From: Rhynchopus sp. YZ270_cl-10
Lineage: Eukaryota
NCBI GenBank assembly: GCA_964035575.1
Contig: OZ037842.1
Coordinates: 744,001-808,000, forward strand
Length of the DNA: 64,000 nucleotides
Direction: 5' to 3'
The notes below the pieces were generated by a model. It worked only from the letters and a program-made list of their open reading frames with translations. It did no database searches and had not been told where the DNA came from. How positions within the stretch are numbered: the first letter of the stretch is position 1; each line of letters starts with the position of its first letter. A program made the position numbers and the translations under genes. Positions 9,278 through 21,500 of the stretch are shown here, piece by piece.

Positions 9278-11404
9278 TTTTGGGTTTTTTGGTGTGTTGA
9301 CAAAATATCTGTGATGGGTGTGAGACCAGAAATTCTAAATTTTGCACACTCCACGTCAACCCCTGCGTGTACACTTGGACTTCATCCAATAACCTTCACT
9401 CCGCGATGAGCCTTTTACATCGTACTTCACCACCCTTTGGCAATTATTTGAGTACTTCACAACGTTACCACCGTTGTACCACAACGAGTTGCCACGGCAT
9501 CAAACAGAAGCTGAACGTGCAAGCAAATAAAAAGGAGGGTATGTCTTTTTTCTTGTCTTACCCTGGGGGGGCTTTTTTTTTTTTTTTTGCGAGTAGCCAT
9601 TCAAAGAATACATTTGTGGTATTATTCTTGAGTGCTACGAGAAAAGTAAACGAAGTCCGTGGCTACGCGTATCATAACCATGTCATGACAACATGATGAT
9701 GCAAGCTGGGGCTACAACGTATTTTTCAAGGCTTTTTTGAACGTATGTGCCAAGGCACTTTTTGGAGGATGGAAAAAGGGTTTTTAACAAAAGTAAGGTC
9801 GGTTGAAACCTATCTTGAGGGCCCGCCCCTTCCCTCAAGGAATAACGCAAGCGATATGGTTCTTTCAATTATTTAGAACTGGTGCAGTCTTTGTTCTGAG
9901 CACCAGAAACAGAAAAAAACCCCTCATCAAGCGATTTTGTGAACAGGGGGGGGCAGAGTTTACGTTAGCAAAAAAACAAAAACAAAAAAAAAATAGTTGC
10001 AGTCCAACGTCTGCCGAGAGACAAAACGTTTTTTTTTAGTTTCAATTGCAGAACCACACCGAGAGTTGGAGAGACGGGGAGTTTTTTTTTTTCCTTTTGA
10101 AAACTTTGGTTGTATTAGTGTAGACACCCGAGTGACCTCCACAGGAGAGGATTCGCACGTTTTGTACCCCACCACTCCCCGCCATAATGACAACATCCAT
10201 TTGGACAACGCGTTTGAGTCGAAGCTGGGGTAGGAGAGACAGAAAGAGAAAGAAAAAAGAAAAAATTGTTTCATATACTAACTATTCTACTGAATAGATG
10301 GTATAATAGGGTGCACTACCCACAAGAAAAAAGAAAGAAAAAAAAACAGATGCACATCACAGAAGATTTGCACATCCTTGAAGGGAGCCCTCAGGGAGGG
10401 AGGAAAATTCGCAGGTTCGCATTTTTTACAGAGAAAAGAGAAAAATTGAGAGTTGAAGAATAGGCCTTTTGCTGCGCATCTGTCTGGAAGAAAAAAAATG
10501 TGTCGTTGTCGTTCCCCCTCACCCCCTTTGTTGTAGTTTGATGCGTTGACGCTTCCACTACACCTATCTCATGATGGGTGAACGACGTGACACTTTCCGC
10601 TCACAAAGTAGTGTGCGTAAAAAGAAGAAGAGAAAAAAAAAAAAAAGACAGCGGTTCTGCAAGACTGCTGAAAGGTGCAAACACCTTACCGGAGACGGGA
10701 GACCGATGCAGGCATTGGCTATTTTTTATCTTATTTTTTTTGATTGACAACGTGTAGTCACCTTGCTTTTTTTCGCGCGATCTCCACACATTGTTAAATA
10801 CAGTAATACAACTTGGCGTCCAAAAAAGTTTGGCAGATTTGGGTAATTTGGCGACTTTTTTTTTGTCGCCAAACATATTTGGACTACTGCAACATGACCT
10901 ACAAAGCCCTTTCGTAACAGAGTGCAAAAGGGTGTATCACACCACATGGAGGTCCACACCCTCACCATTCCTTTGCAGACATTACGAATAAGCACTTAGT
11001 GGTCCCGAAACTACCTGCGAGCCTGGTGGTGACTCGCAAAAAGACAAACTGTTCTGTCGGGTGGAACATATTATTCGCATAACAGTGGGATGGAGAACGG
11101 GGATATTTTTTTTCTCTCCAAAAAAAAATAAAATATAATGGCAGAATAGTGTAGTTTGCCTCATTTGCAAATCTCTACTTTCTTTTGCATTGGTTTTTAT
11201 TGTTAGATTTTTTTTTTGAGGGAGGAATCTTCGTTCAGCTTTATTTTAGTTTATTGTTATTGAGTAACAGTTTCGCTCAAAAAAAAACCCCCCTTTTAAT
11301 TTTGTTGATTTCATTATTTCTTTTTAGATGTTTCAATACCAGCCCCCTTTTTTAATTTTTCTGCAACATTATGTACGGCGCTATATTGTAACACCCCCTC
11401 AACC

Positions 11405-12298
11405 TCACGCTTCCGCCCCTCCATTAAACCGTGTTGTTGTACTCCCAAAGGCGATGAACCCACGAGGTGTGTTTACTGCCCTTTTGGGGTTGTCTCCAAA
11501 TCGCTTCACATTGTAGGTGCTTACCCCTGGTACTGCAGCGGCTTCTTTGTTCGTACGGAAGCGGGTGTCACGGTATTTTCCGAATTGGTGTTGGGGGGTG
11601 TCACGGTTGACAATTTTGATTTCATAATCACCTGGAGCGGGGCTGGGTTTGTTGAGGAGAGAATTCGCGAATCGGGACGACGAGGACGCGAACTGCGCGG
11701 ACATCTTCTTCTTCCCGCTGATCCTCTGTGCAAGCCCTTCTATGGTGTGGTTGCCGTTACTGTCGGTCCGGCTTGGGGTGTAACACCCTGGGCCCGGCTG
11801 CGTCGCCGCCAATGCATCACCTGGAGCACGAAACCTCGGAGTGCTAGTAAAAGTGGAGGTAGACCGTCCACTCCTTGCGCTCAATACACTTCCATTCACA
11901 ACAGATGAAGACGAATTAGAACGTCTGCTGCTCGCCGAATAGCTGCGACGGTCATTCGGGTCACCCTCCCCCGCCGCCCTCTTCACAGTAAACCTCTGAG
12001 AGCTGCTCCTAAAACAGCTCCGACTTCCTCCATGCACCAAAGTACTCTCCGGGGCAACAAACCCACATCCACTGACACGGCTCTCCTTAAAACGGTTGGT
12101 TGTCGACATAAAGTTGTTTCCGGTTACCTCAGACTTCTGACACCATTGCTTTTGTCCCATCAGGGTAGGCCCCTCCGCGCACAAACTTCTCTTTCCCGGA
12201 AGAGTCTTCCGGACCGACCCTGGTGGAAACGATGGTTCTGTGTTCGCGGATCTGCTGCTCACCGCGGTGCCAGCGCTTGCGGAACGCTGTGAAGCCAT
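11405..12298 (-). CDS. SHIPPO/sperm-tail PG-rich repeat (ODF3/STPG-like) axonemal protein
   Basis: Repeated F.S...RF...PGPG.Y units: TQPGPGCY, SPAPGDY, VPGVSTY. Confidence 0.75.
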   Translation of the reverse strand: MASQRSASAGTAVSSRSANTEPSFPPGSVRKTLPGKRSLCAEGPTLMGQKQWCQKSEVTGNNFMSTTNRFKESRVSGCGFVAPESTLVHGGSRSCFRSSSQRFTVKRAAGEGDPNDRRSYSASSRRSNSSSSVVNGSVLSARSGRSTSTFTSTPRFRAPGDALAATQPGPGCYTPSRTDSNGNHTIEGLAQRISGKKKMSAQFASSSSRFANSLLNKPSPAPGDYEIKIVNRDTPQHQFGKYRDTRFRTNKEAAAVPGVSTYNVKRFGDNPKRAVNTPRGFIAFGSTTTRFNGGAEA

Positions 12299-12816
12299 AG
12301 GTTTGAAAAGGAGGGAAGGAGTGTGTGGGGTACTGTAAAGGGATGGGTGGAAGTGTGGTTTTAGGGTTTGGGGTTGAGGAGAAGCAGAGAAGGGGGTGTG
12401 GTGGTGGGAATAAAATTCAAAAGAGCTTAAACAGATGAAAGCACAAATACCCTACGGACAACAGAAAGGTGTAAAAAAGGGGGGTGGAGGCATGGGAAAG
12501 GAAGGAGAAGCATTTTTTTTGGTTTATGAAGTTTTTTTTTGTTGTTTTTTTGTTTTTTTTTTTGCTTTTTGTTTTGTTTTTTGGGATGTTCTCTTTTCCA
12601 AAAAGAAATAAAAAATGGGGGGGAGAGAAATAATCTACGAGGAGGGGAGGGGAAATGGGTGGGGAGATCAAGAGGAATTGGGAGGAATAAAAGAAACGTT
12701 TAGGATGAACCTGCCAGGCGGTTAGTCACCTAGGGGGAATGGTTGGAAGTGCAAACGTCACTAGGGACGGATACGACCTCTTTTTCTTTTTCGTTTTTAT
12801 CCCTTTTTCACAATAA

Positions 12817-12913
12817 CCACCTGATTTTTTACCCCGTGTAAAGCGAGTATAGGACCGATAAGGGCCGTATAGGACTGTATACGCACCTATACGCGGGGTA
12901 AAAAATCAGGTGG
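12817..12913. mobile_element. Small MITE
   Basis: Perfect 20-bp TIR CCACCTGATTTTTTACCCCG; AATAA on both sides (12812-16, 12914-18). Confidence 0.75.
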
Positions 12914-13408
12914 AATAAAAACAGAACAATACAAAATAGTAGGATCGGTAGGTAAGTAAAGTTGTTTCGTTGATTGCACAATCCTCCTGTTTGAAGGATG
13001 ATTGGCGACCGTACCCGGTAATACTATTTCTCCTTTGAAATAAGCTTCGTAGGAAAAAGAAAAAGAAAAATGTAAGCACCAAATGAAATACCCTGGGTCA
13101 AAAAATCCAGGGGTGTCGAGGTTCACAAAGGAAATAAGAGAAGATTTTTTGTTAGATGAACCTAAGCCTACTTCTCAGTGCTAAAAAAAAAAATCCTTTT
13201 CACAACTTTTGCAAAAAGTTGTGCAAAGTTGCAACGGAACCCCCTTTCCCCTCTGAATAGCTCCATGCATACACCCAATATTATTTTTTTTTTTTTGAAA
13301 AATATGAAAAAAGACGACAAACAATGCCATGCACAAATTGCAACTTTCGGTAGGTTGGGTTCACTACCAAGCCTCTCGTGTCTAGTCATCTTCAAAAAAT
13401 AAGTGAAG

Positions 13409-13567
13409 GGGTGTGGCTGACTACCCCAAAATAGCAGAAAGTAGCAGAAAGTAGCACAAAATAGTACCTCCTTCAGCCGCACCAAAAAATACAGATGCCC
13501 AGAATAGCAGAAAATAGCAGAAAGTAGCACAAAATAGCAGAAAATAGCACCCCCTTTCAGCCACACC
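13409..13567. mobile_element. MITE-like element with 10-bp internal repeats
   Basis: Inverted ends GGTGTGGCTGA/TCAGCCACACC enclosing (TAGCAGAAAR)n. Confidence 0.55.
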
Positions 13568-14362
13568 ATGAAGGGTTTTTTTTTTGTTGTGCATCCATAC
13601 TTCTTGGGATACACCCGATAAGTACAAAATAAAGTTGTAGCGGTATACCTCATGTCCACAGACCTTCTTGATCAAGAAAACATGAATGCATGTGCCTCTC
13701 GTGCACACACATCTTTAAAAGGAGGAGAACTGCGACTACATACTGTCATTAGCAATCAAATAAATCTGTTGCCGACTTTAACAAAAAATATAAATAAAAA
13801 AATGCTTTGCCAAATAGTCTTTCAGAAAAGACAGTAAAAAAGGAGCGAAGAGGAGAACACGGGGGAAGGAGGGGTGAAGGGGAGGGTGACAGTAGGAAGT
13901 CTCTATTCCATGACTGTCTCTGGTTGAGTGGAATCGTCGCTCAAGGTTTTTTTTTTGGAAGAGAAAAAAAAAAAACATAATAAGTTGTTCCTAAGCCTCT
14001 CGTGCTAAGTCACCTTGTTTTCTTGTGGCATCTTCCATTTTTTTCTTCCCTTTGTGGGATCGACAACTACCGTATCCAAAAAGATTATTTCATAAAAAAA
14101 AAACAAAAAAAAGGCAATTTCTGTACATAACACCACCCTAATACAGGATGTTTTACAGACGGGTTTATTCTTTTCTTTTCTAATTTGAAATATGGTCAGA
14201 CACCATACAAATGGTCTGCACGCAAATTTCTTTTTTTTTTTTTTGCGCCTTTCGTGCCCGGGTCATTCACACCCAGGCGCTCTACACAAAAAAAATGCAC
14301 CAATTTTTACATCGGTTAACAAACTTCTTTTCGTTGCCATCCATTATTTTGGAAAATCTATT

Positions 14363-14999
14363 CAGGGAAATAGCTTGGGTACTTTTGCTGGTTTCAAAAC
14401 CAGAACAAGCTGGTTTACTGGTTTGGGGAAAAATAAAAAAAAAATGTGGGATTTGGGATTCAGTTATTCGTCGCCCCGCGCCACTTTCTTACTCACAGAA
14501 GAGAAAGCCTCACACGTAAGCGAACCCCTAAAAAGGGTTCATTGAGTGACTCTGTGGTGTAAAAAACTGCATATTTTGCACTATACCTAATTTTTTTCGC
14601 CTGCGGCGCCACTTTATATTATTTTTTTGCTCCGCAAAAAATAGAGTTTACAATGTCGTAGGGAACCCCCTTGCATTTTGCGGCCACAAATGCAACTTGA
14701 CCAAAGCTGCAAAAAGTTGACCATTTTTTCAAAATGACCCACCGTTGTAACAGCTTCTGGAAGACGTATTGGCTTTGTACGGTTAGTGGAACGTAAGGTG
14801 CAAGACCAAGCGCCGTTAACACAGGATTATATTCCATTTTCTTTCTTGTCTCGCAAAATTTATCCTTTGCCTCTCCACTCTGCGGTTGGCAGGGAGGCGC
14901 GCGCGAAGCGCGCGACGACCGCTTTCAACCGGAGAAAAATTTTTCTAAACCAGCAAACCAGCAACATTTGAAAAGTGCACCTTTCAAGCTACTACCCTG
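14363..14999. mobile_element. hAT-type MITE
   Basis: TIR CAGGGAAATAGCTTG / CAGGGTAGTAGCTTG; 8-bp TSD AATCTATT (14355-62, 15000-07); internal part resembles 53270-53390 inverted. Confidence 0.8.
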
Positions 15000-15008
15000 A
15001 ATCTATTT

Positions 15009-15306
15009 CAGTGACTCCGCTAGGTACTAAAGTTCTGTTGATTGTCAACAGAACTTTTTGAAAATGGGGGAAAAAAAAAAAAAAAAAAAAGTTCTGCTGA
15101 GTGGTTCAGACCCGTTCTACCTGTCAAAAAAGCTCAGGAGAAGAAAATATGGAGAGGTGAGTGCTCAAACGTCCCAAAAAAGTCAAAATCGGGCGTTGGA
15201 AAAAAAAAAAAGTTGCGTACCGTGCGCCTGCGGCGCAAGCATGTACCCCACCACGTGGATCATCAACAGAACATTTTCAAAATCGGAAATCCTAGCGGAG
15301 AGCCTG
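15009..15306. mobile_element. hAT-type MITE
   Basis: TIR CAG...CTCCGCTAGG; 8-bp TSD ATCTATTT (15001-08, 15307-14); shares GCGTACCGTGCGCCTGCGGCGCAAGC with the MITE at 47919. Confidence 0.85.
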
Positions 15307-15335
15307 ATCTATTTGAAAAAAAAAAAAAAAAAAAA

Positions 15336-15502
15336 GGGGCACACACGTTTTGCTACACACTACCCGTTTTGTCCTTTGCTTCTCCCCTTTCCCACTTGTT
15401 TCTCCCCCTTGTGTGGGTCCTACCTGTCGCCTCCTAGTGGCGTGTCCTGGGCAGAGAGAAGGCCGTTGAGTAGTTCCTCTCTGGCGAAGTGCAGGTAGAG
15501 AC
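15336..15502 (+). ncRNA. HDV-like self-cleaving ribozyme
   Basis: P1 GGGGCAC (15336-42)/GTGTCCT (15442-48) with G+1.U; P2 CTACCTGT/GCAGGTAG; P3 GCC/GGC; L3 TCCTAGT; P1.1 CC/GG; P4 CAGAGAGAA/TTCCTCTCTG; J4/2 GCGAA with catalytic C15485. Confidence 0.85.
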
Positions 15503-15558
15503 GTGTTTTCTTTTTGTTTTTCTTGTCCTTTTTGTTTTTATTTTCCTGTTGGTGAAAG

Positions 15559-18500
15559 ATGGGCAGGTGGAGAGCCCAGATATGGGCTGTGGTGCTCCTG
15601 TGTGGAGCCTTGGATGCAGACGGGGGTAGGGTGAGTTGCAGCACCAGCAGCAGCATCAACAACAGCAGCAACAGCATCACTCGCGGCGGCAGCAGCTGCA
15701 GCAGCATCAACAACAGCAGCTGCAGAACCAACCGCAGCATCAACGGCAGCGGCAGCAGCAACTACAGCAGCTGCAGCAGCATCAACAACAGCAGCTGCAG
15801 AACCAACCGCAGCATCAACGGCAGCGGCAGCAGCAACTCCAGCAGCAGCATCAGTCGCGGCGGCAGCAGGTGCAACAGCAGCAGTGGCAGCAGCAATAGC
15901 GGCGGCAACAGCACCATCACCAACAGCTGCAGCGGCGCCAATCGCGGCGGCAGCAGAGGCAACAGCAACACATGTGGAGGCTACAACAGTAACAGCACTA
16001 GGAACTGTTATCATAGCAACCCACACCCCCCTCCCCCCCATAATAACCCCAAAAAGAGGCACTTGATGCCCAACCACATCAGTAGCTGCAACTGTGATAG
16101 CAGCAGAAATGAACCCCTTGGAGTCCTGGGAGGGGCCCCAGTATCACCCCGGCTGCGCAGTGAAGGGGAGGGAGGGGAAGGTGACGGAGGCAGCAGCAGC
16201 AACCACAACGAGGGCAATTGTAGCAGCAACCGTAGCAGCAACAGCAACAGCAGCTACAGACGCGGCAACAGTTCTGGTGATCCTAGTTGGGGTGGTGGGG
16301 GCTGCGGGAAGGGGCCCAGGGGATGGGTAAGCAGGGCAGGAACGTCGGCTCAACCCCTGATACTGTGGCGGCACTCCCAAGGGCTGGTGGCCATGATGGA
16401 CGAGATCCTGCAGTGGTTCCCCGTCACACAGACAATGTTACCGTCATACGAGCAGGTGGCCAGGTGGACCACAATTGTGGGGGCTATGTGGGTCTACGCG
16501 CTGGTCATGGCTGTGATGGTGTCAGGGCTGCTCTTCCCACCGAGGCGGCCCAGACGGTACCGCAGGCACTGGAGGAGACGCAGCCGGCGCTTCTTTCTCA
16601 TTTACAAGAGGAGTGCTGAGAGGTGGCAGAGCCGTAAGCAGGGGACAGTCCGAATGGAGCCAGGGGCGATGCGTGGGGGGGCAGATGACGGCAATGTACT
16701 GGGCAAGGCGGAGGTCGATGCGCTGCTAGAACGCAATGGAGGGAAGCGCATCGCCAACGACATGCAAGGGAACTGCATGTACGTCTCCCTCATGGGCAAG
16801 ATGGGCAGTTACCTGGACGTAGCCAACGAACGCAAAGAGCTGGCCAGGAGTGCGTTGACGACCGAGAAGAAGCGCGGCCTCAGAAGACACTTCGACACGG
16901 AGGCTGAATTCTCCACGTGGGTGGCAGGGGTGGAAGGAGACGCTTGGGGTGACCTGCTGACGCTACACCACATAGCCATGACATGGTCGTTGACGATCCT
17001 GGTTGTGCAGCCGGGGGCGTGCCCCATGGTGGTGGTGAACAGGGAACGCCAGTCGAAGAAGAAGACACAAAAGAAGAAGCCACGGGAGGTGAGGGTGATA
17101 TCGCTGATTGGGGAACACTACGAGCAGGTGCAGATGGACCCGGCACAGGCTTCCGCACTAGCCAATGCCGCCCCCATTGCAGAGCTCATCCCATCCCGGC
17201 TGGCGGTGTCTCCGATTCCCGGCATGACGAAGGACGCGACTTCTCCACTGGAAGGGGACTCCCCCCTCCTCTACTGCCCAGTACCGTGTTGCCAGGGAAG
17301 CCGGTTCCACCGGGACATCCCCTTATCCGGTCCAGGGCTACGCGCACATATCGCTGGCCACCTAGCAGAGGGAGACCACATTCCGCACGACACTCTGCGG
17401 AAGTTCGGCCTGGGTCAATGTGGTGTGTGTGACGGCATCCGAGCAGCGAAGAACGAGACGTGCCTGCAATGCTCGAGGCTGGTACAGGCGGTGCCACGCC
17501 CGTCACCCACCATCCGCACACCGGCGCAGGAAGTGGACGACCGCGACATGCCGGACTGGTATGAGATCGCGGCAGCACCCATCCCGACCCACGACACCGT
17601 GCCCAAAGCGATTGACCGGGCGGCGGCGGTGGAGTTCGCGAAGGTGTTGGAAGACGTAGCTGGCTGCAACGACGAGAACAGCTGGAAGAGGCTTTGCATG
17701 TTCGCAAAACTCGTGTTGTCCAGAAAACGGGGAGGTGCGAACATCAGCAAGAAGGTGGTGGCACAGCGGGAGGCGGAGGTGACGGAGTGGTCGCAGGGGG
17801 AAATTGCGGCGATGTGGTCTGCAGCGACTCGATCTCTTCCTGGGCGTGGGCCGGGCAAGGAGCGGAAGGAGCCGACGAAGGAGGAGAGGGAGAAAGCGTG
17901 TGTCACTGAAGTCCGGAACGGTAGGCTCGCAGCAGGGATGAGTCGTCTCCACAAAGGCGGTACTGCGCCCGTTACGATAGAGACGACAGCGAAGCTGAGG
18001 GCGAAGCACCCGGAGGAGGCCCCACAGGTGGCAAACACCACTGCGCACGTTGCCCTCGAACCCCTGAAGCCCATCGACGCCCTGAAGGCCATCAAGAGCA
18101 TGTCGAAGGGATCATCACCAGGCCCATTCGGTCTCAGGGGCGACCATTTGAAGGAATGGATGGTCAAACACCCTGACCTCAACCTCCTCCCCCTCATGAC
18201 GCTAGTCCTGGACCTATTGCGAAGAGGCCAGGCCCCACCTGAGGCAGCAGAATTTCTTGCCGGAGCCACGCTCGTCGCCCTGAAGAAAGGTGAAACGGAT
18301 GTCCGCCCCATATCTGCAGGCAACACACTTCGTCGGGTGGTGAGCAAGATTGAAGTGGGATCAGTCCGGACGCAGGCGCGGGACAAGCTTCTCCCTGGTC
18401 GCCAAGTAGGGGTGGCGGTGGATGGTGGACTGGAGGCTGCTACAATGGTGGTGGCGGATTACGTGAAACGCAACCTAGGGAAGAACAAGGTGATAGTCCT

Positions 18501-21500
18501 CGTGGACTATGAAAACGCTTTCAACAGCATCCACCGGTCCACCTTCCTCGCGGCTACTCGAAAGTACCTCCCCACCATCTCCCCATGGATCGAGTGGTGT
18601 TACGGCAGGCCGACTTCCCTCCTGCACGGCGACGACCTCATCCAGTCGCAACGAGGGGCACAGCAGGGTGACCCGGCAGGACCGCTTCTTTTCTCCCTAG
18701 GGATCAAGGAACTGACGGAGGAGGTGAAGGCGATGCCGGGGATTGATGCCAGCTTGTGGTACCTGGACGACGGGACCATCATGGGCCCACCCGAAGCAGT
18801 GGGACGGGCGTTGAAGCTGGTGCAGGAGCGGAGCCTGGCGATGGGTCTGCGGGTGAAGCTGGCGAAATGCGAGGTGATTGCGCTAGGACAGCAGACGCCA
18901 CGTGACCTAGCACAGGCGGGCTTGCCAGTGTGTGCCCATGGATACCCGGACGACGGTGCGTGCGCAGCATGTGAGGGCAAGGCCATGAAGGTGCAGTACG
19001 GTGGGTTCGCGTTCTTGGGGGCGCCTATCGGTGACGACGAGTTTTGCGAGTCCTACATGGACAAGCAGGTGAAGGAGTTCGCTGAGCAGCTCCGCCTCCT
19101 CAAGGACCTCAAGGACGTACAGGTCGGGTTGACGCTTCTTCGCCAGTGTGAAGGCTTCGCGAGGATGGTGTTTTACATGCGTGCTATCGGACATGCGTGT
19201 ACTCATCAGTACCTCAAGGAGTACGACAAGGAGGTCGACGCTGCGCTCGCCTCGTTGATGGGTGACACGGAAGGGCTTCTCCCAGAGATGGCACGTCGTC
19301 AGGCAGCACTTCCCTGCAGAGCTGGAGGCATGGGAGTCCGTCGCATCCGTGACCACTGGACGGCCGCGGCGATGGGGTCGCGGAGCGGGCTACATGAGTT
19401 GTGTAAGGTGCTAGACCCGGAGTTCCAATGGGATGCGGAAGGGTGGAAAGAGACTGCGACGGAGCACAACCGACATGTAGCAGAAGCAGACAAAGTAGAC
19501 CCTCTGGTGAGACCAGCCACCCCTGTGCGACAAAGGGAGCTATCGGCAGGAATCCTCGAAGAACAGCTGCGGCGACTGTACCTGGAGGGTGATGCGGCTG
19601 ATCGGGCACGGATGAACTCCCTCTCCCTTCCGCATGCAGGCGCGTGGCTCATGGCGCCCCCAACGTGGGAACATCACATCCCCCCGGAGCAGTTCCAGGC
19701 GGTCTGCAGGATCCGCATGCACCTACCTCTCTTCGCAGACGGGGTCCAGTGCAGGCAGTGTGGGCAGGCCATGGACGCGAGAGGCGACCACATTTTCGCC
19801 TGCAAGATGGGAGGACACCGCATTCTGAGGCACAACGCAGTACGCGACTTCGTCTACTCCGTTGCGAACGAAGCAGGTCTAGGCCCCACTCTCGAACCCC
19901 AACACCTGGTACTGGGGAACAAGAAGCCAGCAGACCTCTTCCTGTCCACGGGGGTGGGCGAGTCGCGGGGGCGGGCCATTGACGTGACAGTGTGGACCCC
20001 GACGTGCAAGTCGATGGTGCAGGGTGCTGCGGTGGCCAAGGGGTACACGGCAACGAAGGCGGAGGCGGCGAAGAGGGGGAAGCACCAGGCCGCCTGCATT
20101 GCTGCACGGATCACCTTCACTCCATTCGCGTTGGAGACGACGGGAGGGTTCGGGCCTGCGGCATCCACAATCTGGACGCAAATGCTACGCTTCGCAGCCG
20201 ACAGGAAGCTGGGCAGCAAGCAGGAGATGTCGCGTCGTTGGGCGTGGGGGATGGGCACTACGCTGCAGCGGATGATTGGCAAGTCAGCGATGGACAGAGG
20301 GTGTCTGCGCGGGGACACAGCAGGCGCGCTCAGGGAGAGGATAGAGGTGGACGTCGCGCCGTTGCCAGGTGAGGACGAACACTTCCGACTTCCTCCCGAC
20401 CACCTGCCTCCCATAGATTATGCACCAGACGACGGTCTATTCGATATCGACGTGTCCGCACTGAACCCCGAAGAGCCTGCGGAGCACCCTGACCCTCCAC
20501 CTTGCCCTAACCCGGCGGATGGGAGCGCAACTCGACCACAGACGTTCCACGAAGAACTTTGGAACACCCTCGGGATGACAGTCCCAACGGTAACAGTGCC
20601 GTTCACTGTCGGGGACTGCGCCTTTGATGCAGTCAGGTGGCTGCTACGGGAGTGGAGGGACATCTCCTCTGGGGACCTGCGGAAGCTTGCAGTGACGAGG
20701 GTCAAGCAGGACAGGGACCTGGCGAACTCGGCGGAACCGACTTTCGGGTCGTGGGTGCGCTGGATGAGCGTGGAGGGGAGTCCGGACACTCGTTCGTGGG
20801 CGGACGTGACGGCGTTGGCTGGTCTCTCCCGTGCATTACAGATAGTTGTGGCGGTGGTGCGGGCGGACAGCAAGACGACATTCCTGAGACCGGCGGCAGC
20901 CCCACGAGGTGCGATAGCCCTGCTACACGAAGGACCGGTGGGCGCCGGGCACTACTCCCCTCTAGTGGTAGGTGCAGTGGCGAGGGGGATGATGATGAAG
21001 ATGGAGCCACAAATCCCCCCTGTGGAGATGCAGTGCATGAACACCGGAACGCTGTCGTACATGGGTGACAGGCAGGATAGAGACGGAGAGATGGTGACGT
21101 GTGAGGGCTGCGCTGCGGTATTCGAGGACAGCATTGCACATTGGTTCTGTTCGGCGTGCCCACTCAAGTGGTGTACTAATGAGGCCTGCGCAGGGGAGGG
21201 CGCTAAATGTGCAGCACGCAGGCGCAGAGCCACCACCACTCCTTCTACATCGACCACCAGCCAGGGAGGTAGCTTTTACAACAACAGCAACCCAGCACCC
21301 CCACTGGCCGAGGTAGAGATTAAGGAAGAGGAGTTGGATGAGGCCTTCGAGTCCAGCCGCATGGAGATGGAAAGGCGCAGCAACAGCAACAGCAACAGCA
21401 ACAACAACAACAACAGCAACAACTACAACGACACCAACACTGACAACAACGACGACGACGTTGCCGACACCAACCACGACACTAACATGACCGAGAACGC

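Noticed and set aside
517..9409. Many plus-strand ORFs over the histone genes
   Set aside because: Antisense shadows of GC-rich, Lys-codon-rich CDSs
9300..11400. Short ORFs in the AT-rich spacer
   Set aside because: Homopolymer-rich low-complexity sequence with no protein motifs
12361..12380. TTAGGG telomere-like motif
   Set aside because: Single copy in a G/T-rich tract
15636..15899. Poly-Q ORF inside the retrotransposon leader
   Set aside because: Alternative frame of a CAG/CAA repeat with no independent support
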